Assembly: GCA_027623675.1 (NCBI GenBank)
Contig: JAQBVF010000002.1
Span: 32,001 to 96,000, forward strand
Length of the DNA stretch: 64,000 nucleotides
From: Chloroflexota bacterium
Lineage (GTDB): Bacteria; Chloroflexota; Dehalococcoidia; Lucifugimonadales; UBA3495
Reading direction: 5' to 3'
In this document: positions 18,372 through 27,159 of the stretch, one piece after another
Position numbering within the stretch: the first letter of the stretch is position 1
How the letters are laid out: every line of letters begins with the position of its first letter
Program-made: the position numbers and the translations under genes
The notes under the pieces: model-generated
Database searches by the model: none
The model's input: only the letters and a program-made list of their open reading frames with translations
Told to the model about the DNA's origin: nothing

Positions 18372-20108
18372 ATGCAACAGGTCACCGATCCGGTCACGAG
18401 AGAAGTAATCAAGAATGCCCTGATGAGCACCGCCGACACCATGGCGTTGACGGTGGTGCGCACGGCCCGGTCCGCGGTGATCAAGCACGGCATGGACTTC
18501 TCCACCTCACTGTTCAACGCCGAGGGACAGCAGGTGGCCCAGGGGCTAACCCTGCCGCCCCATCTGGGCTCCATGGCGCCGGCGCTGGAAGGGGTGATGA
18601 ACGCCTTTGGCGACGACGTGCTGCCGGGTGACATCTTCGCCAACAACGACCCCTATGAAGGAGCCAGCCACCTGCCCGACATCTTCCTGTTCAAGCCCAT
18701 ATTCAAGAATGACGTATTGGTCGGCTGGAGCTGCTGCATCGGCCATCAGACGGACATCGGCGGCCGCGTGGCCGGAGGCAACGCCTGCGACAACACCGAG
18801 ATATACCAGGAGGGACTGATCCTGCCGCCCCTCAAGCTCTACGAAAAGGGCGAATTGAACAAGGCGGTCTGGCGCATCCTGGAGAAGAACGTGCGGGTGC
18901 CCGACAAGGTGTTGGGCGACGTTCAAGCCCTGCTGGCCGCGGTACGGTTCGGCGAGCGCGACCTGCTGCGGCTGGTGGACGACTACGGCCTGGAAGAGCT
19001 GAAAAGCTATATGACCGACATCCTGGACACCACGGAGCGCCTGACCAGGGCCGAGATAGAGCTATTGCCCCAGGGCGAGTGGGAGTTCACCGACTACATC
19101 GACAACGACGGCATCGACCTCCATCCCATCGCGATACACGCCAAAGTGAAGATCGAGGGCGGCGAATTCTTTGTGGACTTTGACGGCACATCGCCCCAGG
19201 CCAAGGGCTCGATCAACCTCAACTTCGCCTACACCAAGTCCAACGTCTACGCCGTGATGAAATGCCTCATCGACCCGGCCATCCAGTCCAACAGCGGTTT
19301 TTTCCGGCCCTTCAACATCACCGCTCCCGAGGGCTGCTTCGTTAACCCGCAGCATCCGGCGCCGGTGGCCGCGCGGGGGCTGGCCGGGTTCCGCATCTGC
19401 CAGACCATCTTCGGGGCGATGGCCCAGGCCCTGCCCGGCAAGGTCCCGGCGGCCTGGGGCGGTGGCGAGATCGGCGTTAGCTGGGGCGGTTATTATCCCA
19501 ACCGCAAAGCCTGGGTTTACCTGGAGTTCGCCAACGATGGCCCCCGAGGCGGCGGGCCACAACTGGACGGCGCCGACGGACTGGCCGCGCCCATCTTGAA
19601 CATGGCCAACACGCCCATCGAGAGCATCGAGTCGGAGCAGCCGCTGATGGTGGAACGCTACGGTTTCGTGCCCGACACCGGCGGCGCGGGCAAGTACCGG
19701 GGCGGCCTGGGCATCGAGCGGGAGTTCCGTCTGCTGGCCGAGGACGCCACGTTCCAGTTGCGTTCCGACCGGACGGACTTCACCCCCTGGGGGGTCCTGG
19801 GCGGCAAGCCGGGCACCCCCACCGAGAACTACCTGAACCCCGGCACCGACTGCGAGGAGAAGCTGCCCGGCAAGACCCTGCGCCAACTCAAGAAGGGCGA
19901 CCTCTACCGGGTGGTGCAGGCCGGCGCGGGCGGCTACGGCAACCCGCTGGAGCGGGACATGCACGCGGTGGCCGACGACGTGGAACAGGAGAAGCTATCT
20001 GCGGAATACGTCCGCCGGGAGTACGGCGTGGTGGTGGACCCCAAGACCTTTGCTTTGGATGTGTCAGCCACCGAGAAGCTGCGCGCGGAGATGGCGGCCG
20101 GGGATTGA
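18372..20108 (+). CDS. Hydantoinase B/oxoprolinase subunit (HyuB-like)
   Basis: NDPYEGASHLPD, HQTDIGG, IYQEG, NTPIE, GGAGKYRGG, GAGGYGNPLER. AAGGAG SD before ATG 18372. Confidence 0.93.
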   Translation: MQQVTDPVTREVIKNALMSTADTMALTVVRTARSAVIKHGMDFSTSLFNAEGQQVAQGLTLPPHLGSMAPALEGVMNAFGDDVLPGDIFANNDPYEGASHLPDIFLFKPIFKNDVLVGWSCCIGHQTDIGGRVAGGNACDNTEIYQEGLILPPLKLYEKGELNKAVWRILEKNVRVPDKVLGDVQALLAAVRFGERDLLRLVDDYGLEELKSYMTDILDTTERLTRAEIELLPQGEWEFTDYIDNDGIDLHPIAIHAKVKIEGGEFFVDFDGTSPQAKGSINLNFAYTKSNVYAVMKCLIDPAIQSNSGFFRPFNITAPEGCFVNPQHPAPVAARGLAGFRICQTIFGAMAQALPGKVPAAWGGGEIGVSWGGYYPNRKAWVYLEFANDGPRGGGPQLDGADGLAAPILNMANTPIESIESEQPLMVERYGFVPDTGGAGKYRGGLGIEREFRLLAEDATFQLRSDRTDFTPWGVLGGKPGTPTENYLNPGTDCEEKLPGKTLRQLKKGDLYRVVQAGAGGYGNPLERDMHAVADDVEQEKLSAEYVRREYGVVVDPKTFALDVSATEKLRAEMAAGD

Positions 20109-20163
20109 TCTTACGGGGAACATTCGGCGGGGAACATTCGGCGCCAAAGCACGCAAGATAGAT

Positions 20164-20194
20164 AAAAAGCTCCCGGCTTGCGCCAGGAGCTTTT
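20164..20194. terminator. Bidirectional intrinsic terminator
   Basis: AAAAAGCTCCCGGC-TTGC-GCCAGGAGCTTTT between convergent genes. Confidence 0.7.
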
Positions 20195-20240
20195 CTGCCC
20201 CCTAAGAGTAATTTCGCTTAGGGATTCTGATGGTCCTTGG

Positions 20241-20819
20241 TCAGCGGCCCATGACCTTCATGGAGCCATCCACGGGGTTGTACTGAAAACGCGTCACCCG
20301 ATCTAACTTCTGGGATTCCAGGCGAACGACCAGCGTGCGGTCGTCTTCCACGTTCAGGGTGTCGTGAATCTCGCCGGGCATGAAGTAGGCCACCGAGCCG
20401 TCTTCCTGCACGAACCGGCCATGCTCCACGATCTGGGCCTTCTCCACACCCTCACCGGGGAACGCCCAACGCCATTTCCGCTGCTGGATGGCGCCTTTGT
20501 AGACGCCGTAGACCACCCAGGTAACTCCGTGGTCATGGGGCAGGTTGTCTTGGCCTGGCTTTTGGACCGAGGCCATGAGCCACCAGCCGTTGCCGGGGTG
20601 CCCGGTCTCCTCGTCCAGATGCAGGGAGAACCGGCCGTAGCCGCCCTCTTCCGGAAGTTCCAGCTTCTCTTCCAACCAACCGGGGACCGCGAGCAACCGC
20701 TTCAATAACCCAGCCACGGTCTTCGCCTGAACATGGGGGTCGGATTCATTCCTAAAGATGTCTCTAACATCTTCTACGAAGGCTTCCATGGTGTAATTGG
20801 TCGTCTGCGTCTGTGCCAT
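20241..20819 (-). CDS. Cupin-fold, cysteine-dioxygenase-like metalloprotein
   Basis: PHDHG.TWVVYGVYKG and PGEIH motifs supply three His ligands. GGAGGA SD. Confidence 0.7.
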   Translation of the reverse strand: MAQTQTTNYTMEAFVEDVRDIFRNESDPHVQAKTVAGLLKRLLAVPGWLEEKLELPEEGGYGRFSLHLDEETGHPGNGWWLMASVQKPGQDNLPHDHGVTWVVYGVYKGAIQQRKWRWAFPGEGVEKAQIVEHGRFVQEDGSVAYFMPGEIHDTLNVEDDRTLVVRLESQKLDRVTRFQYNPVDGSMKVMGR

Positions 20820-20870
20820 CACGATCCTCCAATCAGTCCAATCTTGGGTCTCGGCGATTGTAAGTATTTC

Positions 20871-20899
20871 ATTCTGATGGGATGACGCCGCGGTGTCAA
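20871..20899 (-). promoter_or_regulatory. Putative sigma-70 promoter of the cupin gene
   Basis: Minus strand TTGACA-N17-CAGAAT. Confidence 0.55.
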
Positions 20900-21165
20900 C
20901 GTGACATCCGTGATATTACAGCCTGGGGATAATCGCCGATCTGTTAATGGTAACTGGTCGCGGACCTCGTTATCCGGCGCTCAAGTCGTCAACCGATCGA
21001 TCTCGGCCTTCCCCGTGAAGCAAGCGATTGAGCACCCGGGGATGCACCCTAAGAACCAACCGGTAGATGATCGCTGGCGTTTTTAGCTGGCCGGGGCTAT
21101 CATATGCGCACCATTTTCCCGGCATCCGGTACTCAATCTGACCCTGGAATATAGGAGGTTACCCG

Positions 21166-22152
21166 ATGGCTAACGACTTTACGATCCTGGTAGGCACAGT
21201 CGGTCAAGGGATGAACGTAAGCGGCGACAGCGGCGAGACCTGGACAAAGATCCGGCAGCCGATCCCCACGGAGTGCAGCATTCGGGCGCTCCGCACCTAC
21301 CCCAACGACCCTCACCGGATACTGGCCGGTTCCGACGGACATGGCCTGTTCCGCAGCGACGACAACGGCATCAGTTGGGAGAGTGTTGACTCGCCCATCG
21401 GCGACCTGCAGATCTGGTCGGTGGCCGTTGACCCATCCAACCCTGAGACCATCTTTGCGGGCACCCGCCCCGAGGGCTTCCGCTCCCGCGACGGCGGCAA
21501 GAGTTGGGACAAGCTGTCCATGGGCGTTAACAAGGAGTGCCCCATCGGCACGCCCCGCACGACCAATGTCATCGTTGACCCCCGCGACAGCAACACCATC
21601 TGGGCCGGCATCGAGGTCGATGGCGTCTACAAGAGCATGGACGGCGGCGACAATTGGGTGCACATGCCCAACCTGGGTCCCGACCCGTTCCACGGCGACA
21701 TCCACGGTATGGCAGTGAAGCCCGGCGCCAACTCGGCCGTCTATTGCACCAGCCCCTTCGGTTTCGCCACCAGCCTGGACGAGGGCGAGAGCTGGGACTA
21801 TCACTACTTCCCCAAGTTCAACCCCGAAGACGCCCGCTCGTACTGCCGCGGCATGATCATCAAGCCCGACAACCCCGATGTCATGTACGTGGGCAACGGC
21901 GACTTCATCCCCGGCGTCATCGGCACGGTCCAGATGACCAAGGACGCTGGCAAGACCTGGGCCCCGGCCAACCTGCCCGTGGAGCCCAACTCGGTGGTCT
22001 ACTGGCTGGCCAACAACCCTGAGATTCCCAACGTTGTCGCCGCGGCTACCCTCTTCGGCTACGTCTACGTGAGCGAAGACGGCGGTGACACCTGGAGTAA
22101 GCTCCGCAAAGAGTTCGGTGAGATCCGGTCTCTGGCCGTCACCCCCAACTAA
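21166..22152 (+). CDS. BNR/Asp-box repeat beta-propeller protein (no signal peptide)
   Basis: Repeated Asp boxes SGDSGETW, SDDNGISW, SRDGGKSW, SMDGGDNW, SLDEGESW, TKDAGKTW, SEDGGDTW. AGGAGG SD. Confidence 0.85.
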   Translation: MANDFTILVGTVGQGMNVSGDSGETWTKIRQPIPTECSIRALRTYPNDPHRILAGSDGHGLFRSDDNGISWESVDSPIGDLQIWSVAVDPSNPETIFAGTRPEGFRSRDGGKSWDKLSMGVNKECPIGTPRTTNVIVDPRDSNTIWAGIEVDGVYKSMDGGDNWVHMPNLGPDPFHGDIHGMAVKPGANSAVYCTSPFGFATSLDEGESWDYHYFPKFNPEDARSYCRGMIIKPDNPDVMYVGNGDFIPGVIGTVQMTKDAGKTWAPANLPVEPNSVVYWLANNPEIPNVVAAATLFGYVYVSEDGGDTWSKLRKEFGEIRSLAVTPN

Positions 22153-22183
22153 GAACCCAAGCGGACCCAGATCAAGGCAGATC

Positions 22184-22221
22184 AAGAGGGGCGTCCCGGT
22201 GTGTCGGGACGCCCCTCTTTT
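22184..22221. terminator. Intrinsic terminator
   Basis: AAGAGGGGCGTCCCG-GTGTGT-CGGGACGCCCCTCTTTT between convergent genes. Confidence 0.8.
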
Positions 22222-22257
22222 CGTCGTTCATCCGCTGGACTTAGCCCGCCGGCCCGA

Positions 22258-23670
22258 TCAACTCTCCGGTCTGCCCCGGCTGAGACCCAAACTGGCGAAG
22301 ATGGCGATGGCCGCGGCGCCTAGGGATAGGATGAACACCAGTCCCAAGCCGCCCACATCGGACTTATCCGCGCCCAAAATCGCCGCGATCACGGCCGAGC
22401 CGATGATGCTGCCAAGATATCTGCTCGTCGAATAGAGTCCGGCCGCCGAACCCGAGTCCTTGCGGCTAACCGCCTCCACCGCCGACGTCTGCAGTCCGGG
22501 GGTGGACAGACCCAAGCCAAGGCCCACCAGTGACAGTCCCGCCAAGAGTTGGGATAGCGACACATCCTGACCGGCCAAAGCGATTGGCACCACGCCAACA
22601 GTCAACAGCACCATCCCGGCGGTGGTTGGCAGACGCCGCCCAAGACGGTCGATCATGCGGCCTCCGGCGAAAGACGAGACCACCATCCCGGCCGACATCG
22701 CCGTCAGGATCAGTCCGATACGCAATGAAGAATCGTCCCTGGCCGATAGGAGCAACGGTATCGCGATCAGCAGGGAATACATCGACAGATTGGCGAATCC
22801 TATCCCGGCGGCAGCGGCGCTGAATGACCTATTCAGGAAGAAATTAAGCTGGACTATCGGGTCGGGTTGACGCCTTTCGTACCAACCGAAGGCGATGGCG
22901 CCCACTGCCACGATCGGTATTCCGACGGCGATCAGCAACACCTCCGCGCCCTTGGAGAAGGAGATCAATATCCAAGCGGCGGCCACCAGAACGACGGGCA
23001 AGGCCATCGCGCCGAAGATATCGAAGCCGGGCTTGGCGGGAGTGGCCGCGATGGAAGGAAGCGCCTTGAAGCCGATCAATAAAGCAGGGGCGACGAATAT
23101 TAAGTTGACATAAAATATGGACCGCCACCCTGCCAGTTCCACCAGCAGCCCGCCCAGGGGCGGCCCGCCCGCCGCCGCCACCGCTATGCCAGCCCCAAGC
23201 AGACCGAACCCAGCCCCACGGCGGTGCGCCGGCAGTATCTCCCTTAGCAAGGCTGAACTGTTGGGCACGATCAGCGCCGCGCAGACGGCCTGCAACACCC
23301 GGAAGGCCAGCAGCAATGACAGTGATGGGGACAGCGCCGCTCCGATGGAAACGAACCCGAAGACCGATAGGCCGCTGAGCACCATGTTGCGGTGGCCGAA
23401 ACGGTCGCCCAATTTGCCCGCCAGAGGCTGCAGTGACGCCATGGAGATCAGATACGCGGTGATGAGCCAGCCGGCGCTGGTGATGGCCACATCGAAGTCC
23501 GTCATGATATCGGGAAGGGCCACCGCGATCATGGTGGAATTCAGCGGGGCCAGAACGATGCCAAGCATGACCGTCAGTAAGATGAGGCGCTCGCCCCTGA
23601 CGGTCATGCCGGCCGGTTCCGTGCCTGCCCCCGTATCCGCGGGTTTGGTGGGCTCAGCCTCTGGAGTCAA
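22258..23670 (-). CDS. MFS transporter (DHA2/EmrB-like); start uncertain
   Basis: LNSTMIAVALPDI, GKLGDRFG, FRVLQA, GPPLGGLL, WRSIFYVN. Many hydrophobic helices. Confidence 0.9.
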   Translation of the reverse strand: MTPEAEPTKPADTGAGTEPAGMTVRGERLILLTVMLGIVLAPLNSTMIAVALPDIMTDFDVAITSAGWLITAYLISMASLQPLAGKLGDRFGHRNMVLSGLSVFGFVSIGAALSPSLSLLLAFRVLQAVCAALIVPNSSALLREILPAHRRGAGFGLLGAGIAVAAAGGPPLGGLLVELAGWRSIFYVNLIFVAPALLIGFKALPSIAATPAKPGFDIFGAMALPVVLVAAAWILISFSKGAEVLLIAVGIPIVAVGAIAFGWYERRQPDPIVQLNFFLNRSFSAAAAGIGFANLSMYSLLIAIPLLLSARDDSSLRIGLILTAMSAGMVVSSFAGGRMIDRLGRRLPTTAGMVLLTVGVVPIALAGQDVSLSQLLAGLSLVGLGLGLSTPGLQTSAVEAVSRKDSGSAAGLYSTSRYLGSIIGSAVIAAILGADKSDVGGLGLVFILSLGAAAIAIFASLGLSRGRPES

Positions 23671-25288
23671 TCCTCACGATTCCCTTGGCCCCGTCGACTG
23701 TCAGGGTCATACCGTCGGTGATGACTGCCGTGCCCACTACCGTGCCGACCACGCAGGGCATCTTGTACTCCCGGGATACGATGGCGCAGTGGCTGAGCGG
23801 ACCGCCGGTGTCGGCGACCACCGCCCCCGCGATGGAGAAAAGAGGAGTCCAGGGGGGCATGGTCATCTCGCAAACCATGATGTCGCCCTGCTCAAGCTTG
23901 CTGGCCTCGGCCAGGGTGCGCACCACCTTCGCGGTCCCCTGAATGGTCCCCGGAGAAGCGCCCAATCCCTGGATGATATCCGGGTCTCGGCTTGGTTCCG
24001 GAGGCACGCCGAAGAACTTGGCGAATCCGTTGCCCAGTGGGTCACCTTCGCCTTCGTGTGCGGGCGGCTCTCCGATCACCGGCATGGGCACGATCTTCGA
24101 CCATCTGTCAATCTCGCCCATCCGCTCTGCGACCAACGCTCTCTGGTCCGTGCCGGAAAACGCCGACTTGATCTCTTCAAAGGTCAGATGGAAGACATCG
24201 TTCTGCTCCTTGATCGCGCCCTTTTCAGCAAGACGGCGGCCCATCTCCAAGATGGGAAGACGCATCACCGAGTTCCCCCGCTGGTCGATGTAGTAGTTGT
24301 GATTCTCGGTGATCGTCGCAAAGGGCTCGGCCAGGTGGTAGAGATTATTGAATTTCTCGAGTTGTTCGGGCTGACTCGAAAGGGTTTCCCTGGCCGTTGC
24401 CAGCAATTCTTCCCGCCTTTTTACCGCCTGCTGATACTTAACATCCGGGTCGTGGGTGTCGTCCAGGCGCATGTATCCCTGGATGGCGTTCAGGGGCACC
24501 TTGGGGTCTTCTCTCCAGGTGGGGTCGGCCAGTTCGAATGCGTCCGACCGCCAGCCAAACTCATCCAGATATTCTCGGAACGCCGCCAGGAATCCGCGGC
24601 CCTCCTCGGTGGCTTCCATCTCGAGCAGCAACTGGTCAGGTTGATGTTGCTCAAATAGTTGCCTCAGCGCGGTGCTTCGATTGACCCTGCGGCCCAGAGC
24701 CCACATGGCGCGCCCGGCATCGAGAGAGAGCGTGGGGTAACCCTGAAGCGCCTCGTAGGCCTCGGTGGGGTCTTCAGGGTCCATGAACTCGTTGTAGAAA
24801 TCCACGAACATGCCGGCGCTGGCGATGACAAAATTGATCTTCCCGTGGACCACATACCGGGCGATAAACTCCTGCTGCATCTGTTCCAGCGTCTGGATCA
24901 GTTCCTGGTCGCTGAGGGCGGTGTAGTCCCGGTCCATCGAGGATTTCAAACCGGGCAGGATCGAGGGCAACCATTCTTCCTCCCATAGCTTTCCCATGTT
25001 CGGCAGTACGGTCCCCAGGTTTTCTTTGTAACGGCCCACACGCTGCTCGATGGTTTCTTCGCCTAGGTCCTGGGGGACCAACGCGATGTAGGCATAGGTA
25101 TTGATGTTCCGGTAGACCACGCCCGCCGGGCAGGCGAATTCGTTCATGCCGCCGGTGAACCCAGCGGAGATAGCCGAGTTGAACAGGTCCTGGGTTAGGG
25201 TCGTCTGGGGCCTGGGGCAATGCATCTTGTCCCATTGCCAGAATCCTTCCATGTCCGAGGGGATCGGAAGATCAGTTTGGGCCGTCAT
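23654..25288 (-). CDS. PEP-utilising phosphohistidine subunit, phenylphosphate synthase subunit A-like
   Basis: C-terminal swivel domain GLGASPG...TMPPWTPLF...TGGPLSHCAIVSREYKMPCVVG. N-terminal FWQWDKMHCPRP and GVVYRNINTYAYIALVP resemble PpsA. GGAG SD before ATG 25288. Confidence 0.8.
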   Translation of the reverse strand: MTAQTDLPIPSDMEGFWQWDKMHCPRPQTTLTQDLFNSAISAGFTGGMNEFACPAGVVYRNINTYAYIALVPQDLGEETIEQRVGRYKENLGTVLPNMGKLWEEEWLPSILPGLKSSMDRDYTALSDQELIQTLEQMQQEFIARYVVHGKINFVIASAGMFVDFYNEFMDPEDPTEAYEALQGYPTLSLDAGRAMWALGRRVNRSTALRQLFEQHQPDQLLLEMEATEEGRGFLAAFREYLDEFGWRSDAFELADPTWREDPKVPLNAIQGYMRLDDTHDPDVKYQQAVKRREELLATARETLSSQPEQLEKFNNLYHLAEPFATITENHNYYIDQRGNSVMRLPILEMGRRLAEKGAIKEQNDVFHLTFEEIKSAFSGTDQRALVAERMGEIDRWSKIVPMPVIGEPPAHEGEGDPLGNGFAKFFGVPPEPSRDPDIIQGLGASPGTIQGTAKVVRTLAEASKLEQGDIMVCEMTMPPWTPLFSIAGAVVADTGGPLSHCAIVSREYKMPCVVGTVVGTAVITDGMTLTVDGAKGIVRIDSRG

Positions 25289-25366
25289 TTGACACTCCAT
25301 TTCGATGTTGAATATTTGCCGTTGGTTTTGCCGGGGCGCTAAACCCATAAAATGCGAAAGGAAACG

Positions 25367-26239
25367 CTAAAGCGTGGTGATTGGTCTGCATTGAAGGAGA
25401 TAGAGCTCGTTGGCGTGATAAGCGAACTCCAGGTCCACCGGCCAACCCATCTCCCGTTCCAGGTCTATGGCTAATTGAGCGATCTCCGCGGTCTGTACGG
25501 CGTCCAACGTTGCAGACTCGCGTCGAGCGCGTGGCACTCTCACTTCTTCGGTGCCGCCTTCGGCCAAAACCGTCATTACGCCCTTTTCACCGATGTAACT
25601 AGCTTTAACCTTGAGGTCTTTCTTCTGCACCACCAAGGTGTCCGGAGTCACCTTGCCCGACACCACGCTCTCGCCCAACCCCCAGGTGGCGTTGATCATG
25701 ACCTCGTCCCGATCGCCGCTGATGGGGTTGGCGCTGAAAACCACCCCCGAGATCTCCGCCGGAACCAACTGCTGCACCAGAACGGCCACCCCCAGGCTTT
25801 CCGCGGGCAGGCCATGCTCCTCCCGATAGCTGGCCATCCTTTCGCCTCCTGCCGAGTCCCAGCATTTGACGATGGCCTCCGAAACGGCTTTCGAACCCCG
25901 GACGTTCAGGTAGGTGTCATATTGCCCGGCGAAAGACGAGGTGAGTCCATCTTCGTCCAGGGCCGAGGACCTGACAGCCACCGCCGGTTCTTCGAGGCCG
26001 CACCTGGATGCCATCACCTGGTACTCCCGCAAGACGGCATCATGGAGTTCCACGGGCATCGTCCGCTGCGGCGACGCCGCTTCTTGAACTCCGGCGAACC
26101 ACCGGTTGTACAGCTCCGGCGTCAGGCAGAACCCAGCCGGCACCCTGAATCCGGCAGCCAAGCGGCTCAGGTTGGCCGCTTTGCCACCGACCCGTCCGGT
26201 CTCATGGCAGTCTCCGTCGCCAAGCCACAGGATAGTCAT
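25367..26239 (-). CDS. Stand-alone PEP/pyruvate-binding ATP-grasp subunit (PPDK_N; PpsB-like)
   Basis: VGGKAANL, VAVRSSA.DED, SFAGQYDT, WGLGESVVSG, DLEFA, LLQCRPIT, then stop. Confidence 0.88.
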   Translation of the reverse strand: MTILWLGDGDCHETGRVGGKAANLSRLAAGFRVPAGFCLTPELYNRWFAGVQEAASPQRTMPVELHDAVLREYQVMASRCGLEEPAVAVRSSALDEDGLTSSFAGQYDTYLNVRGSKAVSEAIVKCWDSAGGERMASYREEHGLPAESLGVAVLVQQLVPAEISGVVFSANPISGDRDEVMINATWGLGESVVSGKVTPDTLVVQKKDLKVKASYIGEKGVMTVLAEGGTEEVRVPRARRESATLDAVQTAEIAQLAIDLEREMGWPVDLEFAYHANELYLLQCRPITTL

Positions 26240-26377
26240 GCGCACCTCGATCGGTGTTGAGTAGTTAGTTGATCAGGTAGTTTAGCAGGTAGTTGACTCC
26301 GCAACTGTTGCATTGTAACCGAAAATGGAGCGATAAGCTATCGGGTAATTGTTTCTTTTGGACCGGAGTTAACCGGT

Positions 26378-26767
26378 CTATAGAGCAGCCAGGCCCACGC
26401 GGGCACAGTCTTCGTCCTGCTGAGAGGTCCCGCCGCTGCCGCCGATGGCCCCGATGACCACGCCGTCTTGGATGATGGCCAGAGCGCCCTGTGCCGGGAT
26501 GATGCGTCCGTTCTGGGTGGCCATGATGGCCTGTACCACCGGCGAATCGGCGGGAATGGCGCTGCTATCCCGCCCGAATCCCACGGCGCCAACCGCCTTG
26601 CCCTGCGCCGCCACCGCGCTGATGAATATGGCCCCCTCCATCCGGTTGAAGGCCAACAGATGCCCGCCGGCGTCGCAGACGGACACGCTCAGTTTGATGT
26701 TCATCCGCTCCGCCTCGGCGATGGCCGCCGCTACCATCCTATTGGCGTCGCTCAAAGTCAGTGCCAT
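26378..26767 (-). CDS. GlcG/HbpS-family heme-binding protein
   Basis: VSVCDAGGHLLAFNRMEGA, GKA, GAIGGSGGTSQQDEDCA. Confidence 0.85.
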   Translation of the reverse strand: MALTLSDANRMVAAAIAEAERMNIKLSVSVCDAGGHLLAFNRMEGAIFISAVAAQGKAVGAVGFGRDSSAIPADSPVVQAIMATQNGRIIPAQGALAIIQDGVVIGAIGGSGGTSQQDEDCARVGLAAL

Positions 26768-26913
26768 ATTGATTTCCTCCCAATGATAATCACCGGTGCT
26801 ACTGAAAAATCACGCCCCAATATTACCCCCAGACTCCATCCCCCACAACATGACCCTCAGCGTGCACTCAGCAGCGCCCAAAGCACGGCCAGCAACCGGG
26901 CGATGATAAAAGG

Positions 26914-26942
26914 TTGCCACTATAATTCCCAATGACTATAAT
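26914..26942 (+). promoter_or_regulatory. Near-consensus sigma-70 promoter of the LLM gene
   Basis: TTGCCA-N17-TATAAT, with a second TATAAT at 26921. Confidence 0.6.
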
Positions 26943-27159
26943 CCCCGTAATCAACGCGGGGCCGGGGTTTAAATCTCTGGCGGAACCCGGCGTCTTTCCT
27001 GGGGTACCCTTCGTTTCTTACGGCCCCTGACCCCGGAAACCGCAAAGCCGGAGAGAAGAACCCGGAAACCGGCAGCCACATCGCCCCGGTTCGTCTGAGA
27101 GAGCGTCTTATCGCTGATATCAAGGCCGACCTGCCGGGAGCAGGAGGAGATGTAAGCAA

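Noticed and set aside
23654..26239. PEP synthase or rifampin-resistance (rph) call
   Set aside because: No pyruvate-binding barrel; split architecture and PpsA-like N-terminus; no rifamycin-associated element recognised upstream.
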